Source: Candidatus Latescibacterota bacterium
GTDB lineage: Bacteria > Latescibacterota > UBA2968 > UBA8231
NCBI GenBank assembly: GCA_965215195.1
Contig: CBDCDC010000002.1
Location: forward strand, 3,456,001 to 3,520,000
Direction: 5' to 3'
DNA length: 64,000 nucleotides
Shown: positions 53,714 to 64,000 of the stretch, in pieces
Layout: each line of letters starts with the position of its first letter
Position numbering within the stretch: position 1 is the first letter of the stretch
Translations under genes and position numbers: made by a program
The notes under the pieces: model-generated
The model's database searches: none
The model's input: only the letters and a program-made list of their open reading frames with translations
Told to the model about the DNA's origin: nothing

Positions 53714-54811
53714 ATGTCCTTAGGACACAACCTGAAAGAGCTGCGACAGCAACAATCGCTCAACCAGAAAGACCTCTCAGATCGCTCCGGCGTCTCCCAA
53801 GCCACCATCTCCCGCATTGAAACCGGCCGCGTACGCCAGCCGGGTTCGTCGGCTGTCAAAAGTTTAGCCGACGCCCTCGGCGTCTCGACAGATTCCCTAA
53901 TGGACGACAAGGTGCATTTGGCCCGAGTCCACAAAGACCGTTTGCAGCAAATCGCCGAGACCCTCAACGCCTTTGTCATTCGCGAAAACGGATCTTTGCT
54001 CTTCGTCAGCCAGACCTTGGCCGATTTATTGGGTTATCGCGGGGAAGAATTGCTAGCCAAAGACGGCATTGAGCTAATGTTCGCTCCCCAGTCCCGTCCC
54101 ACAACTCGGCACATGGTTGCCAGCGGCTCGTCCAATGCCTATGAAGTGCTCATGGTGCGCAGTGATAGCAGCTTTTTTCCCGTCGAGATCACCAACGTCA
54201 ACATCAGCGAAAAAGCGCACTTGGCCATTGTGCGCGACATTACCGCTCACTGCTGCCAGCAAGGGGCCTTCCGCGTCTTGCAGACTGGTTGCGAAACCGA
54301 AAAGGTGCGCGATCTAAGTAAGGTCGTGCGCATTCTCGGCGACGAGCTAGAGGCTATGGGTGTCCAATTCGAGGCGGTTGACCTACAGGTCATTGACGAA
54401 CCAAGAAACCTCTTGGCTTGCTATCGCGCCTATTCCGAAGCGCGTGGTTATCAATCGTCACAGAACGCGATAAATCTCCAAGAGTCGCTCGGTCATTTTG
54501 CCCCTCTGCGGAGACTGGTTAGCTACTGGCACCGCCGCAAGGTCTGGGTGCGCGAGGCCGACGAGACTTTTCTACAGATGACCCGAGATATTTTCTCGGA
54601 CCCGGTCTATCGCCCCGAACAGCTAATCGACGTGCCCTTTGCACAGGGGATGCTAGGTTTGGGGATACCCATGGGCTGGCCTAGACGCCCCGAACAGCTA
54701 GCGACCATATTGGGCGAGTTCGCCCGCTCTATCTCTTTGGTCGTTAAGCGGCTGTTTGAGCTTCAGTCGCTGCGCGAAAAGCTGGAGCGGCGGATAGGGA
54801 GTTGCAGATAG
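53714..54811 (+). CDS. XRE-family HTH regulator with a PAS domain
   Basis: LKELR..SGVSQATISRIETG HTH; PAS-like LLGY..EELL..FPVEI..IVRDIT. Confidence 0.85.
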   Translation: MSLGHNLKELRQQQSLNQKDLSDRSGVSQATISRIETGRVRQPGSSAVKSLADALGVSTDSLMDDKVHLARVHKDRLQQIAETLNAFVIRENGSLLFVSQTLADLLGYRGEELLAKDGIELMFAPQSRPTTRHMVASGSSNAYEVLMVRSDSSFFPVEITNVNISEKAHLAIVRDITAHCCQQGAFRVLQTGCETEKVRDLSKVVRILGDELEAMGVQFEAVDLQVIDEPRNLLACYRAYSEARGYQSSQNAINLQESLGHFAPLRRLVSYWHRRKVWVREADETFLQMTRDIFSDPVYRPEQLIDVPFAQGMLGLGIPMGWPRRPEQLATILGEFARSISLVVKRLFELQSLREKLERRIGSCR

Positions 54812-54818
54812 CTTCTAA

Positions 54819-54974
54819 GAGGCCCTAACAAAACTGGATGTCCCGCCTAAAAGCCTGCGCCCGTGAAAAAACGGGTGGCGCGGTGAAGCCCACTTAAAGA
54901 TGCAGAGCCCGCGTTCTGAGGCTTCGACGTGAGCTCAGCCGAACGTATCGCCCAACGGGGTTTGTTAGAGTCTC
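54819..54974. mobile_element. 156-bp MITE with IS5-family-like ends
   Basis: Ends GAGGCCCTAACAAAAC / GTTTTGTTAGAGTCTC; TAA on both sides (54816-54818, 54975-54977). Confidence 0.8.
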
Positions 54975-54979
54975 TAAGG

Positions 54980-56347
54980 CTAGGAGCGCACTTCTTCAGG
55001 GCGGACTTTCCGCTGGCCGGAGCGGCGCGGAGGGGCCTCTTTGATGTAGGGGCGATCTTCTCCGGCTTCTTCCATGCGTCTCAAGAGCCGTTCCTTCATT
55101 ACTTGGGCCGCTTCTCGGTGCGAATCGAGTCCGACTAGATTGTTCAGTTCGTAGGGATCAACCTGTAGATCGTAGAGATACTGCTCCTCGTAGTGATCGG
55201 CTCCTGCCACATCTCTTCCGCTTCCATCTGGAGCGTCCACCCCGTATTTCCACCGACGAGTGCGAACGGCCCGTCCCACTTGGGCTTCACTGATCTGCAC
55301 GAAGACCTCTGCGGGCCAATCAGCTACTCTACCGCGCAAAAGCGGCATGAGCGAACGGCCCTGCATCTGATCGGGAATTTTCAGACCGGCCGCATCCAAA
55401 AGAGTTGGCGGCAGGTCGATTAAGCTAACCAGCTCTTGCAATTGGCCGCCGCGAAAACTGGGGCCGGTCAAGACCGTCGGCACGCGGATCGAGCTTTCGT
55501 GACAAGAGCGCTTGTACTCGTTGTTGCGCGTCTTGAAGTGACAGCCGTGATCCGAAGTAAAGAGCACGATGGTGTCGTCGGCTAGTGCCAAGCTCTTGAG
55601 CGCGTCGTGCAGGCGACCATAGGCTTCATCAAGCCGCTTGACCATCCCGTAATAGCCACCTAAGTGCTGGTGAGTTGAGCCGGCCAGTGCCGCTAGATCC
55701 GGCGGGGTCCAGCCTCCGGTATAGATTTCCCGGTAGCCATCCGGGGGCGGATAGTCGTCCAAGTGATTCTGGTGATGGGGTTCAATATAGGAGACAAAAA
55801 GAAAAAAGGGACGATCTTGGTGTGCATCCACGTAGCGAATTGCAGCATCTGTGACCGCATCTACTCGATAACCAGGTAGGCGGACGGGTTGGTCATCATT
55901 GTCGTAGAGAACCGTACTATAGGCGTCGGAAGTAAATTCGAGCACATTCGACGCCAACCAGTACTGGTAGCCAAAGCGATCCGCTGCCGGCACCGGGCCG
56001 GTAGTCCCGCGCTCGTGTAGATGCCACTTGCCTATATATCCGGTGGCGTAGCCAGCCGCGGCAAAATAGTGGGCGAGGGTCTGGCTGTCCGCGGGCAAAG
56101 GGATGCCGTTGCGGTAACAGCCGGTAGTCGTGGCGTAGAGACCCGTTTGCAGACAAGAGCGGGCCGGGCCGCAGACGGGTTGGCACGTAAAAGAATGAGC
56201 CACGTGGGTGTACTCGCGGGCCAAGCGATCGAGATGAGGCGTAAGGCCCATCGGATTGCCGTGTAGCCCCGTTGTGTCCCAGCGCTGTTGATCCGTAAAA
56301 AAGACTATGACGTTTGGTTGTCTATTGCCTCCAGCCATTTTACCCAT
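54980..56347 (-). CDS. Sulfatase
   Basis: QPNVI, DQQR, CGPAR, GKWH and SDHG motifs. Confidence 0.93.
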   Translation of the reverse strand: MGKMAGGNRQPNVIVFFTDQQRWDTTGLHGNPMGLTPHLDRLAREYTHVAHSFTCQPVCGPARSCLQTGLYATTTGCYRNGIPLPADSQTLAHYFAAAGYATGYIGKWHLHERGTTGPVPAADRFGYQYWLASNVLEFTSDAYSTVLYDNDDQPVRLPGYRVDAVTDAAIRYVDAHQDRPFFLFVSYIEPHHQNHLDDYPPPDGYREIYTGGWTPPDLAALAGSTHQHLGGYYGMVKRLDEAYGRLHDALKSLALADDTIVLFTSDHGCHFKTRNNEYKRSCHESSIRVPTVLTGPSFRGGQLQELVSLIDLPPTLLDAAGLKIPDQMQGRSLMPLLRGRVADWPAEVFVQISEAQVGRAVRTRRWKYGVDAPDGSGRDVAGADHYEEQYLYDLQVDPYELNNLVGLDSHREAAQVMKERLLRRMEEAGEDRPYIKEAPPRRSGQRKVRPEEVRS

Positions 56348-56361
56348 GTCTCCTTTTGCGC

Positions 56362-57684
56362 CTATGGCTCAAGCGTTTGATTTGCTGCGTACTGCAATTC
56401 TTCTACCACCTGTTCGACGTCTCCGCCTTCAATCGCCTCTACCATCGCCTCTTGAACCAACCGCCGCACTTGTTGATAGCCTGCCATCGTCGGCTCCGAT
56501 TTTCCGTAGTCCAACATTCCAAACGCCACTCCATAGTGCGGGTTTTCCTCGAAGTAGCTTTCCAACTCCCGCGCCGTACTTTTGCGCACTGGAAAGTAGT
56601 TGCTTGCCCGCACCCACCGCGCTTGTTGCTCCGGCGCAGTAAACCACTTGAGGAAAAGCCAAGCCGCTAGCTGTTTTTCGGGCGCACCAGCGCAAATCGA
56701 CACGCTGGCTCCGTACACGTCGACAACCGGCTTCGAGCCAGTCTGCGGCGGATGGGTTACTCCCCACTCGAACGTCAGTCCAGAGTCCTCAATGCCACTC
56801 TTGTAAAAGGGCAGCCCGGAGGAAGAATCCTGAGAGAAGAGGATCTGACCGGTGACGAACTCGTTTAGTTCGGCATCCCGTTCGCCGGCGATATGTATTG
56901 CGCCGTCCTGTGCTAGCTCCTGCATTAGCTCCAGTACCGCTTTAACTTCTGGCGAGTCCAGCGCATAGGTGGTGCCGGCCGCATCTACTAGGTCGCCGCC
57001 GCGGCTGAAGACCATCGCAGCGAATCGGCTGGCGTCAACATCGAGCAAAAAACCCAAGCTGTGCGCTGGGTCTTCGTTTTTGCTAAAGGGTTGCTCTTTG
57101 GCTAGGCGACACATCGCGGCAAAGTCGTCCCACGTCGCCGGTGGCTCGTCGTAGCCCAACTCGCGCAACCAATCAGCATTGTAGTAGAGCAGCTCCATTG
57201 AGCGATTCGGCGGGAAGCCGAGCTGCACTCCGGCGATGTTGTCCTGCTCTAGAAACGCTTGGACGTAGTCGCTGCGCTCTTCGGGCGACAGTCCCCATTC
57301 GGGCGAATCCATATAGGGTGCTATATCCACTATGCCGTCGGCTTGGTAGTAGGCTAGAGCCTGGTTTTGGTAGGCTACGACCAAGCTGGCAGCCAGCGAA
57401 CCGCTCTGGATACTCACGTTCATCTTGTTGTAGATGTCCCCATAGCGACCCACGTACTCGCCGCGGACCTCTATCCCATAGCGGTTCGTCTGGTTAAAGT
57501 CGGCAATCAGCTCCTGCAGGGCCTCTTCGCGCTCGCGGGTGTGTTGATACCAAAAGACGATTTTCTGTCCTTGCGGGTCGAGGGTTTCTAAACTGGTCTG
57601 CTGCTCGTAAACGGCCTCTTGCTGGCCGCCACAGGCCCCCAGCAGAGCGCACCCAATCAACGTCATCGCACTTTTCGGTTTCAT
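56362..57684 (-). CDS. Carbohydrate (CUT1/UgpB-like) ABC transporter substrate-binding lipoprotein
   Basis: LGAC lipobox; LYYNAD..PPATWD and AAWLFLKW motifs. Confidence 0.9.
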   Translation of the reverse strand: MKPKSAMTLIGCALLGACGGQQEAVYEQQTSLETLDPQGQKIVFWYQHTREREEALQELIADFNQTNRYGIEVRGEYVGRYGDIYNKMNVSIQSGSLAASLVVAYQNQALAYYQADGIVDIAPYMDSPEWGLSPEERSDYVQAFLEQDNIAGVQLGFPPNRSMELLYYNADWLRELGYDEPPATWDDFAAMCRLAKEQPFSKNEDPAHSLGFLLDVDASRFAAMVFSRGGDLVDAAGTTYALDSPEVKAVLELMQELAQDGAIHIAGERDAELNEFVTGQILFSQDSSSGLPFYKSGIEDSGLTFEWGVTHPPQTGSKPVVDVYGASVSICAGAPEKQLAAWLFLKWFTAPEQQARWVRASNYFPVRKSTARELESYFEENPHYGVAFGMLDYGKSEPTMAGYQQVRRLVQEAMVEAIEGGDVEQVVEELQYAANQTLEP

Positions 57685-57688
57685 CGCG

Positions 57689-58525
57689 TTATCCTTTGAG
57701 CCCAGATATGGAAATGCCTTCCGTGAATTCGCGCTGGATGAGAAAATACGCCAAGAGCACGGGAGCAGTCGCAATGACAGCCCCGGCCATTTGCAGATGG
57801 ACCTCGGTCCCAGCCTCACTGGCAAACTGCTGCAAGCCCACTGCGATCGGACGCCAATCCGGCGTATTAGTCACAAGCAAAGGCCAAGCCAACGCGTTCC
57901 ATGAACCAATAAACGTAAACATGCCGACCGTCAAGAGTGGTGCCCGGCACAGGGGGACCGCGATCTGAAACAGAAAGCGCACGTGGCCAGCTCCCTCAAT
58001 CCGGGCCGCATCCCACAGCTCGTTGGGCAGGCCCCGCATAAACTGACGCAACAGAAAAATGCTAAAAGCACTGGCCATAAAGGGAATGGTCAGGGCCGGC
58101 CAGCTATTGAGCCAAGCAAACGGCGTATTGCGGTGCAGCCAAGTCACGACGAGAAAGTTCGGCACGATGGTCACGGCCTCGGGGATCATCAGCGTAGCCA
58201 AGACCCCGGTAAACACCGCATCTCGTCCGCGGAACTGCATGCGCGCCAGTGGGTACGCCGCCATCAGCGAAAAAAGCAGGGTCCCGCTGACCTGTAGGAC
58301 GGCGATGATCAGGGAATTCTCAAAGTAGAGACCGAAATCCGCCTCTTGCCACGCTTCGATGTAATTGTCCCATTGGACGCGCTCGGGCAGCAAGACCCGC
58401 CGCAGCGTTTCCCCGCGGCTCATAAATGAGGCCAAAAGCATCCACGCGAACGGAAAGCTCGCAGCCAGCCCCCCCAAGCTCAAGACGCAGTAAATCAGCT
58501 TGGCTTTGCCGCCCCTAGTCGCCAT
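57689..58525 (-). CDS. Carbohydrate ABC transporter permease
   Basis: EAA-like DAARIEGA loop; multiple TM segments. Confidence 0.92.
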   Translation of the reverse strand: MATRGGKAKLIYCVLSLGGLAASFPFAWMLLASFMSRGETLRRVLLPERVQWDNYIEAWQEADFGLYFENSLIIAVLQVSGTLLFSLMAAYPLARMQFRGRDAVFTGVLATLMIPEAVTIVPNFLVVTWLHRNTPFAWLNSWPALTIPFMASAFSIFLLRQFMRGLPNELWDAARIEGAGHVRFLFQIAVPLCRAPLLTVGMFTFIGSWNALAWPLLVTNTPDWRPIAVGLQQFASEAGTEVHLQMAGAVIATAPVLLAYFLIQREFTEGISISGLKG

Positions 58526-59654
58526 AAAACACCCGCCTGCCGAGCACCCGGTTTTGCAGCAGCGTCAGCACCAAAATCGCGACGAAGAGTACAAAGGCCA
58601 TCGCCGAGGCATAACCTGCGTTGTGGTACTCAAAAACTTGGTCGAAAATGGCAATACTGAGTACATCGACCGAGTCGCGGGCACCTGGAGTCCGCATGAT
58701 ATAAACGTGGTTAAAGGCTTTGAAGGTCCCAATGACGGCCACCATCGACAAAAAGAACAGGGTTGGTGAGACCAAGGGCAGGGTAATGTGGCGGAAGACT
58801 TGCCATTCGCCAGCACCGTCCATCTCCGCGGCCTCATAGTATTGCTTGGGGATAGCACTGAGACCGGCCAGTAAAATCACCGTGTCGTAGCCGACATAGA
58901 CCCAAATGTTGTAGAAGATGATCGAGGTCAGTGCTAGGCTCGGAAAGAAGCTGTCCACCCACGCGGGGTACGAAGCAAAACCGGCCCCTTGTAGCAACAG
59001 GGCTACGACGGATTTGCTCTCGTAGAGCCAGCGCTGATTCTCCAGGCCCCAAACGCTCCAGAAGCGGTTGGCCAGTGAGGAAGGGTGGGGGCTAAAGATA
59101 GTGCGAAAAACCACGGCTGAGGCGATGATCGGCGTGACATACGGCAGAAAGAATAGCGTGCGAAACGCACCTCTAGCCCGTGCGATCTTGAAGAGCAAAT
59201 ACGCCAGTCCGGTGGCCAAGCTCAGCTGGCACGGGATCGTCCCGACCGCGTAGAAAAACGTGACCTTGAAGCCGTTGTACAGCGCTGGATCGCCCGTCTT
59301 GACTAGGCCACCCAAGCCCTGAGCCAACCCCACCCAAAGCCCCAATAGTGCGACTGCGACCCAAGCGATGCGGACATAACGGGGACGCAGACCGCGCTCA
59401 AATAACGTGGTGCGCAGGCGACAAGCCGCCCAGACGAGGCCGATTCCGGCGACGACAGGCAGCAGGTACTGCGAGTCGCCTACGGCGCGGACATAGTGGT
59501 CGAATCCAACCACCGCTTCCTTCTTGATCCGCCACTTGTGCAGGCTGACGTACAAGGCATAGCCAATGGGGAAGAGTCCAAACGCACCCAGCACGACGAG
59601 TGCCGGCGCGAGGAGGCCCCAAGCAAGCTGTTGTTCTCTGATGCGGGTACTCAT
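58515..59654 (-). CDS. Carbohydrate ABC transporter permease
   Basis: YEAAEMDGA..HITLP loop; multiple TM segments. Confidence 0.92.
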   Translation of the reverse strand: MSTRIREQQLAWGLLAPALVVLGAFGLFPIGYALYVSLHKWRIKKEAVVGFDHYVRAVGDSQYLLPVVAGIGLVWAACRLRTTLFERGLRPRYVRIAWVAVALLGLWVGLAQGLGGLVKTGDPALYNGFKVTFFYAVGTIPCQLSLATGLAYLLFKIARARGAFRTLFFLPYVTPIIASAVVFRTIFSPHPSSLANRFWSVWGLENQRWLYESKSVVALLLQGAGFASYPAWVDSFFPSLALTSIIFYNIWVYVGYDTVILLAGLSAIPKQYYEAAEMDGAGEWQVFRHITLPLVSPTLFFLSMVAVIGTFKAFNHVYIMRTPGARDSVDVLSIAIFDQVFEYHNAGYASAMAFVLFVAILVLTLLQNRVLGRRVFYGD

Positions 59655-59735
59655 CGGCGCGAGATAGTGCTGAGACGAGAGGCCAAATGCGGGGAGAATG
59701 CGGCCTCGTCCCGATTCTCGGTAGGATTTTAGGCC

Positions 59736-59773
59736 AAAAGAAGAAGGCCCCTGAAGCGTTCCCTTCAGGAGCC
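59736..59773 (-). terminator. Rho-independent terminator after the tRNA cluster
   Basis: Minus strand GGCTCCTGAAG-GGAACG-CTTCAGGGGCC followed by TTCTTCTTTT. Confidence 0.8.
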
Positions 59774-59777
59774 GGAT

Positions 59778-59853
59778 TGGCTGCCCCCCTAGGGCTCGAA
59801 CCTAGAACCTCCTGATCCAGAGTCAGGCGCACTTCCAATTGTGCTAGAGGGCA
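59778..59853 (-). tRNA. tRNA-Gln(CTG)
   Basis: 76-nt cloverleaf; anticodon arm CCTGA-CTCTGGA-TCAGG; GGTTCGAG T loop; encoded CCA. Confidence 0.96.
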
Positions 59854-59865
59854 ACTAGCGCAAAT

Positions 59866-59959
<94 letters not shown>

Positions 59960-59980
59960 GCGACCATTGCAAACAAACTT

Positions 59981-60027
59981 TTGACGTGCTCCCACCGCTA
60001 AAGGGATGGGATGTGTGGCGGCATCAA
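59981..60027 (+). mobile_element. Possible collapsed IS200/IS605-family end scar
   Basis: TTGAC-GTGC-TCCCACCGCTAAAGGGATGGGA (imperfect hairpin)-..-TCAA. Confidence 0.45.
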
Positions 60028-60036
60028 ACGGTAAAC

Positions 60037-60123
60037 TGGCGGAGGGTGAGGGACTCGAACCCTCAAGGGCGTGAGCCCGGCGGTTTTCAAGACCGCTGCC
60101 TTACCAATTAGGTCTAACCCTCC
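60037..60123 (-). tRNA. tRNA-Ser(TGA)
   Basis: GGAGGGT acceptor stem; anticodon arm GCGGT-CTTGAAA-ACCGC; long variable arm; CCA. Confidence 0.96.
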
Positions 60124-60163
60124 TTTTCTCGGCGAAAAAATATAAATGAGGCACTATCTTAGG

Positions 60164-62677
60164 TCAACCCGAGGCCTTCTCATCAGCCTCGCCGTTTTCC
60201 CAGCCACTCTCTTCCTCGCTGCTGGGCAGAGGGGCCATGTCGATAACCCGGTCGCCCTCGTCCAGACTGATTACCCGGACTCCTTGGGTATTGCGCCCAA
60301 TGGTGGATATCCCTCGTACGGGTATGCGGATCATAATACCGTTTTGGGTTACCACCATGACCTCTTCTTCGGCTTGGATTTCCCTACAGGCCACTACGGA
60401 GCCATTGCGCAGGGTGGTCTTGATGTCGATGACGCCCTGGCCGCCGCGGTGCTTGCAGGGGTACTCGGCTTGGCTAGTGCGCTTGCCATAGCCGTTTTCG
60501 CAGATGGTTAGCAAGGTGCTGCTCTCGCACACCACGACCATGTCCACAACCTCGTCCCCTTGGCGTAGGCTAATGCCCTTAACGCCAGTAGAAACCCGGC
60601 CCATAGAGCGGACTTCGCTTTCGCTAAAGCGCATAGCTTGGCCGTTCCGCGTCAACAGGGCAATATCCTGCTGTCCGTCGGTAATGGCCGCCCCAATCAG
60701 GTCGTCGTCGTCTTGGATCTTCAGGGCGATAATCCCGTCGCGGCGGATGTTCTGGTAGGCCGAGAGCTTGGTCTTCTTGACAATGCCGTTGCGCGTAGCC
60801 GTGAACAAGTACTGATCGTCGGAGAACTCTTGAACTGGTACGATGGCGCATATTTGGTCGTCTTGCCCGAGCGGCAACAGGTTGACTATCGACCGCCCCT
60901 GAGCCGTGCGGTCGCCTTCGGGTATGCGAAACACCTTGAGCCAGTAGCATTTGCCCTTGGCAGTCAAGAACATGATATAGGAATGAGTCGAAGCTACGAA
61001 GAGGTGTTCGACGAAGTCCTCTTCCTTCGTCTTCATACCCTTCACCCCGCGCCCACCGCGATTCTGTACTCGATAGGCCCTAGGGGGTAGGCGCTTGATA
61101 TAGCCACTGCGCGAGATGGTGACGACCATGTCCTCTTCGGCAATCAAGTCCTCAATGTCGAATTCCTCGGCCGCATAGACGATCTCGGTGCGCCGCTCGT
61201 CGCCGAAGCGCTCGGCGATCTCATCAATCTCGTCCTTGACGATCTGCATCTGCCGCTCTCGGCTGGCGAGGATGCCCCTCTGGTCCTCAATCGCCGTTGC
61301 CAATTCCCTGTACTCGGCCTCAATTTTGTCGCGCTCCAAGCCGGTCAAGCGCTGCAACGGCATGCTTAGGATGGCTTGGATCTGCCGCTCGCTCAACTCG
61401 AATTGCACCACAGCATCAGCATCTGCTGTCGCAGGGCGGATGCGAGCCAGCCGCTCCTGAGCATCTGCAGGACTCGACGAGCGGCGGATGGTCTCAATCA
61501 CTAGGTCAATGTGGTCTAAGGCGATGCGCAGGCCCTCTAGAATGTGCGCCCGAGCTTCGGCTTTCTCCAAGTCGAATTTGGTGCGGCGCACGATCACGTC
61601 GTGGCGGTGATCGATGTAGTGCTGCAGCATCTGCTTGAGGTTGAGCATCTCAGGACGGCCATTGACAATAGCCAACATCATGACCCCGTAGGTAGTCTGC
61701 AACATGCTGTGGCTATAGAGCTGGTTGAGCACGACTTCGGCTTGGGCTTCCCGCTTGCATTCGAATACGATGCGCAGCCCCTTGCGGCCCGACTCATCGC
61801 GGATATTGGCAAGTCCGTCGATGGTTTTGTCGCGCACCAGATCGGCGATTTTCTCTAATAGGCTAGCCTTGTTTACCAAGAAGGGAATTTCGGTGACGAC
61901 GATGTTCTCGCGGCCGTTCTTGAGAGTCTCAATATCCGCCCGCGCTCTGATGTAGATCAGCCCCCTGCCGGCTGCATAGGCCTGCTGTACTCCGCTCATG
62001 CCGTAGATGATTCCGCCAGTGGGAAAATCTGGGGCTTTGACGTGCTCAAGCAGCTCGGCAATGGAAACTTCGGGACGATCGATCAGCGCCTTGAGGCCAC
62101 TGGCGACTTCCCGCAAGTTGTGCGGTGGGACCTTGGTAGCCATGCCTACGGCAATGCCCATTGAGCCGTTGCATAGCAAGTTGGGAAACCTAGACGGCAA
62201 AACTAGGGGCTCTTGTTGAGTCTCGTCGTAGTTGCTGGCGAATTCGACGGTGTTCTTGTCGAGATCCGCTAGAAGCTCCATCGCCGGCCAACTCAGCCTC
62301 GCCTCAGTGTAGCGCATGGCGGCCGGAGGGTAGCCGTCAATTGAACCGAAGTTGCCTTGGCCTTGGACCAGCGGATAGCGCAAGCGAAAGGTCTGCGCCA
62401 TATGCACCAGCGTCGGATAGACAATGCCTTCGCCGTGCGGGTGGTAGTTGCCAGAGGTGTCGCCGGCGATTTTGGCGCATTTGCGGTAGCCGCGATTGGG
62501 AAAAAGGCTCAAGTCGTTCATCGCTACCAAGATGCGGCGTTGAGACGGCTTGAGACCATCGCGGACATCGGGTAGAGCACGCGACAGGATGAAGCTCATT
62601 GAATAGTCGAGGAAGGAAGTCTTGAGCTCCTCCTCAATTTTGACCCGAATGACCCGGCTTTCCTGCTGTTCGAGCAT
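60164..62677 (-). CDS. gyrA: DNA gyrase subunit A
   Basis: [24 protein letters not shown] and GyrA-box QNRGGRG motifs; C-terminal beta-pinwheel repeats. Confidence 0.97.
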   Translation of the reverse strand: MLEQQESRVIRVKIEEELKTSFLDYSMSFILSRALPDVRDGLKPSQRRILVAMNDLSLFPNRGYRKCAKIAGDTSGNYHPHGEGIVYPTLVHMAQTFRLRYPLVQGQGNFGSIDGYPPAAMRYTEARLSWPAMELLADLDKNTVEFASNYDETQQEPLVLPSRFPNLLCNGSMGIAVGMATKVPPHNLREVASGLKALIDRPEVSIAELLEHVKAPDFPTGGIIYGMSGVQQAYAAGRGLIYIRARADIETLKNGRENIVVTEIPFLVNKASLLEKIADLVRDKTIDGLANIRDESGRKGLRIVFECKREAQAEVVLNQLYSHSMLQTTYGVMMLAIVNGRPEMLNLKQMLQHYIDHRHDVIVRRTKFDLEKAEARAHILEGLRIALDHIDLVIETIRRSSSPADAQERLARIRPATADADAVVQFELSERQIQAILSMPLQRLTGLERDKIEAEYRELATAIEDQRGILASRERQMQIVKDEIDEIAERFGDERRTEIVYAAEEFDIEDLIAEEDMVVTISRSGYIKRLPPRAYRVQNRGGRGVKGMKTKEEDFVEHLFVASTHSYIMFLTAKGKCYWLKVFRIPEGDRTAQGRSIVNLLPLGQDDQICAIVPVQEFSDDQYLFTATRNGIVKKTKLSAYQNIRRDGIIALKIQDDDDLIGAAITDGQQDIALLTRNGQAMRFSESEVRSMGRVSTGVKGISLRQGDEVVDMVVVCESSTLLTICENGYGKRTSQAEYPCKHRGGQGVIDIKTTLRNGSVVACREIQAEEEVMVVTQNGIMIRIPVRGISTIGRNTQGVRVISLDEGDRVIDMAPLPSSEEESGWENGEADEKASG

Positions 62678-62706
62678 TAATTAAATCCTAGCTTTAGCTT
62701 TGTAGT

Positions 62707-64000
<1,294 letters not shown>

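Noticed and set aside
52293-54974. MITE-flanked cassette carrying the dehydratase and XRE genes
   Set aside because: Each MITE has its own flanking duplication (TTA vs TAA), consistent with separate insertions.
60037-60123. Suppressor or selenocysteine tRNA
   Set aside because: The anticodon is TGA (reads UCA, Ser), not TCA, and the acceptor stem is a normal 7 bp.

Overview
GC-rich (roughly 60-65% by eye) bacterial chromosome segment. The right end is housekeeping: partial gyrB, gyrA, tRNA-Ser(TGA), tRNA-Ser(GCT), tRNA-Gln(CTG). mnmG lies at about 15-17 kb. The rest is catabolic and envelope genes: three sulfatases, a PhyH dioxygenase, UxuA-like and enolase-family dehydratases, ABC transporters, cfa, squalene/phytoene synthase, SCO/PCuAC, and four secreted proteins with FlgD/T9SS-like C-terminal domains. 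This gene content suggests, by inference only, an FCB-group organism (Latescibacterota/Gemmatimonadota-like), possibly a marine host-associated one. Best leads: (1) a tandem array of signal-peptide PQQ dehydrogenase-ankyrin fusions, with two full copies and one carrying an in-frame internal deletion; (2) three 885-bp IS982-like elements with 5-bp TANTA target duplications, each head-to-head with a gene start; (3) a low-GC TonB receptor plus CTD-protein pair with no SusD, whose promoter is cut off by one IS copy; (4) a split MetH-type methionine synthase; (5) depletion of CCWGG toward its C-to-T deamination products, visible as differences between repeat copies; (6) two kinds of MITE and a collapsed IS200/IS605-like scar; (7) non-canonical quinolone-binding residues in both gyrase subunits; (8) many gene relics. 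No CRISPR array, rRNA or prophage was seen. All product calls come from motif recognition, not database searches.
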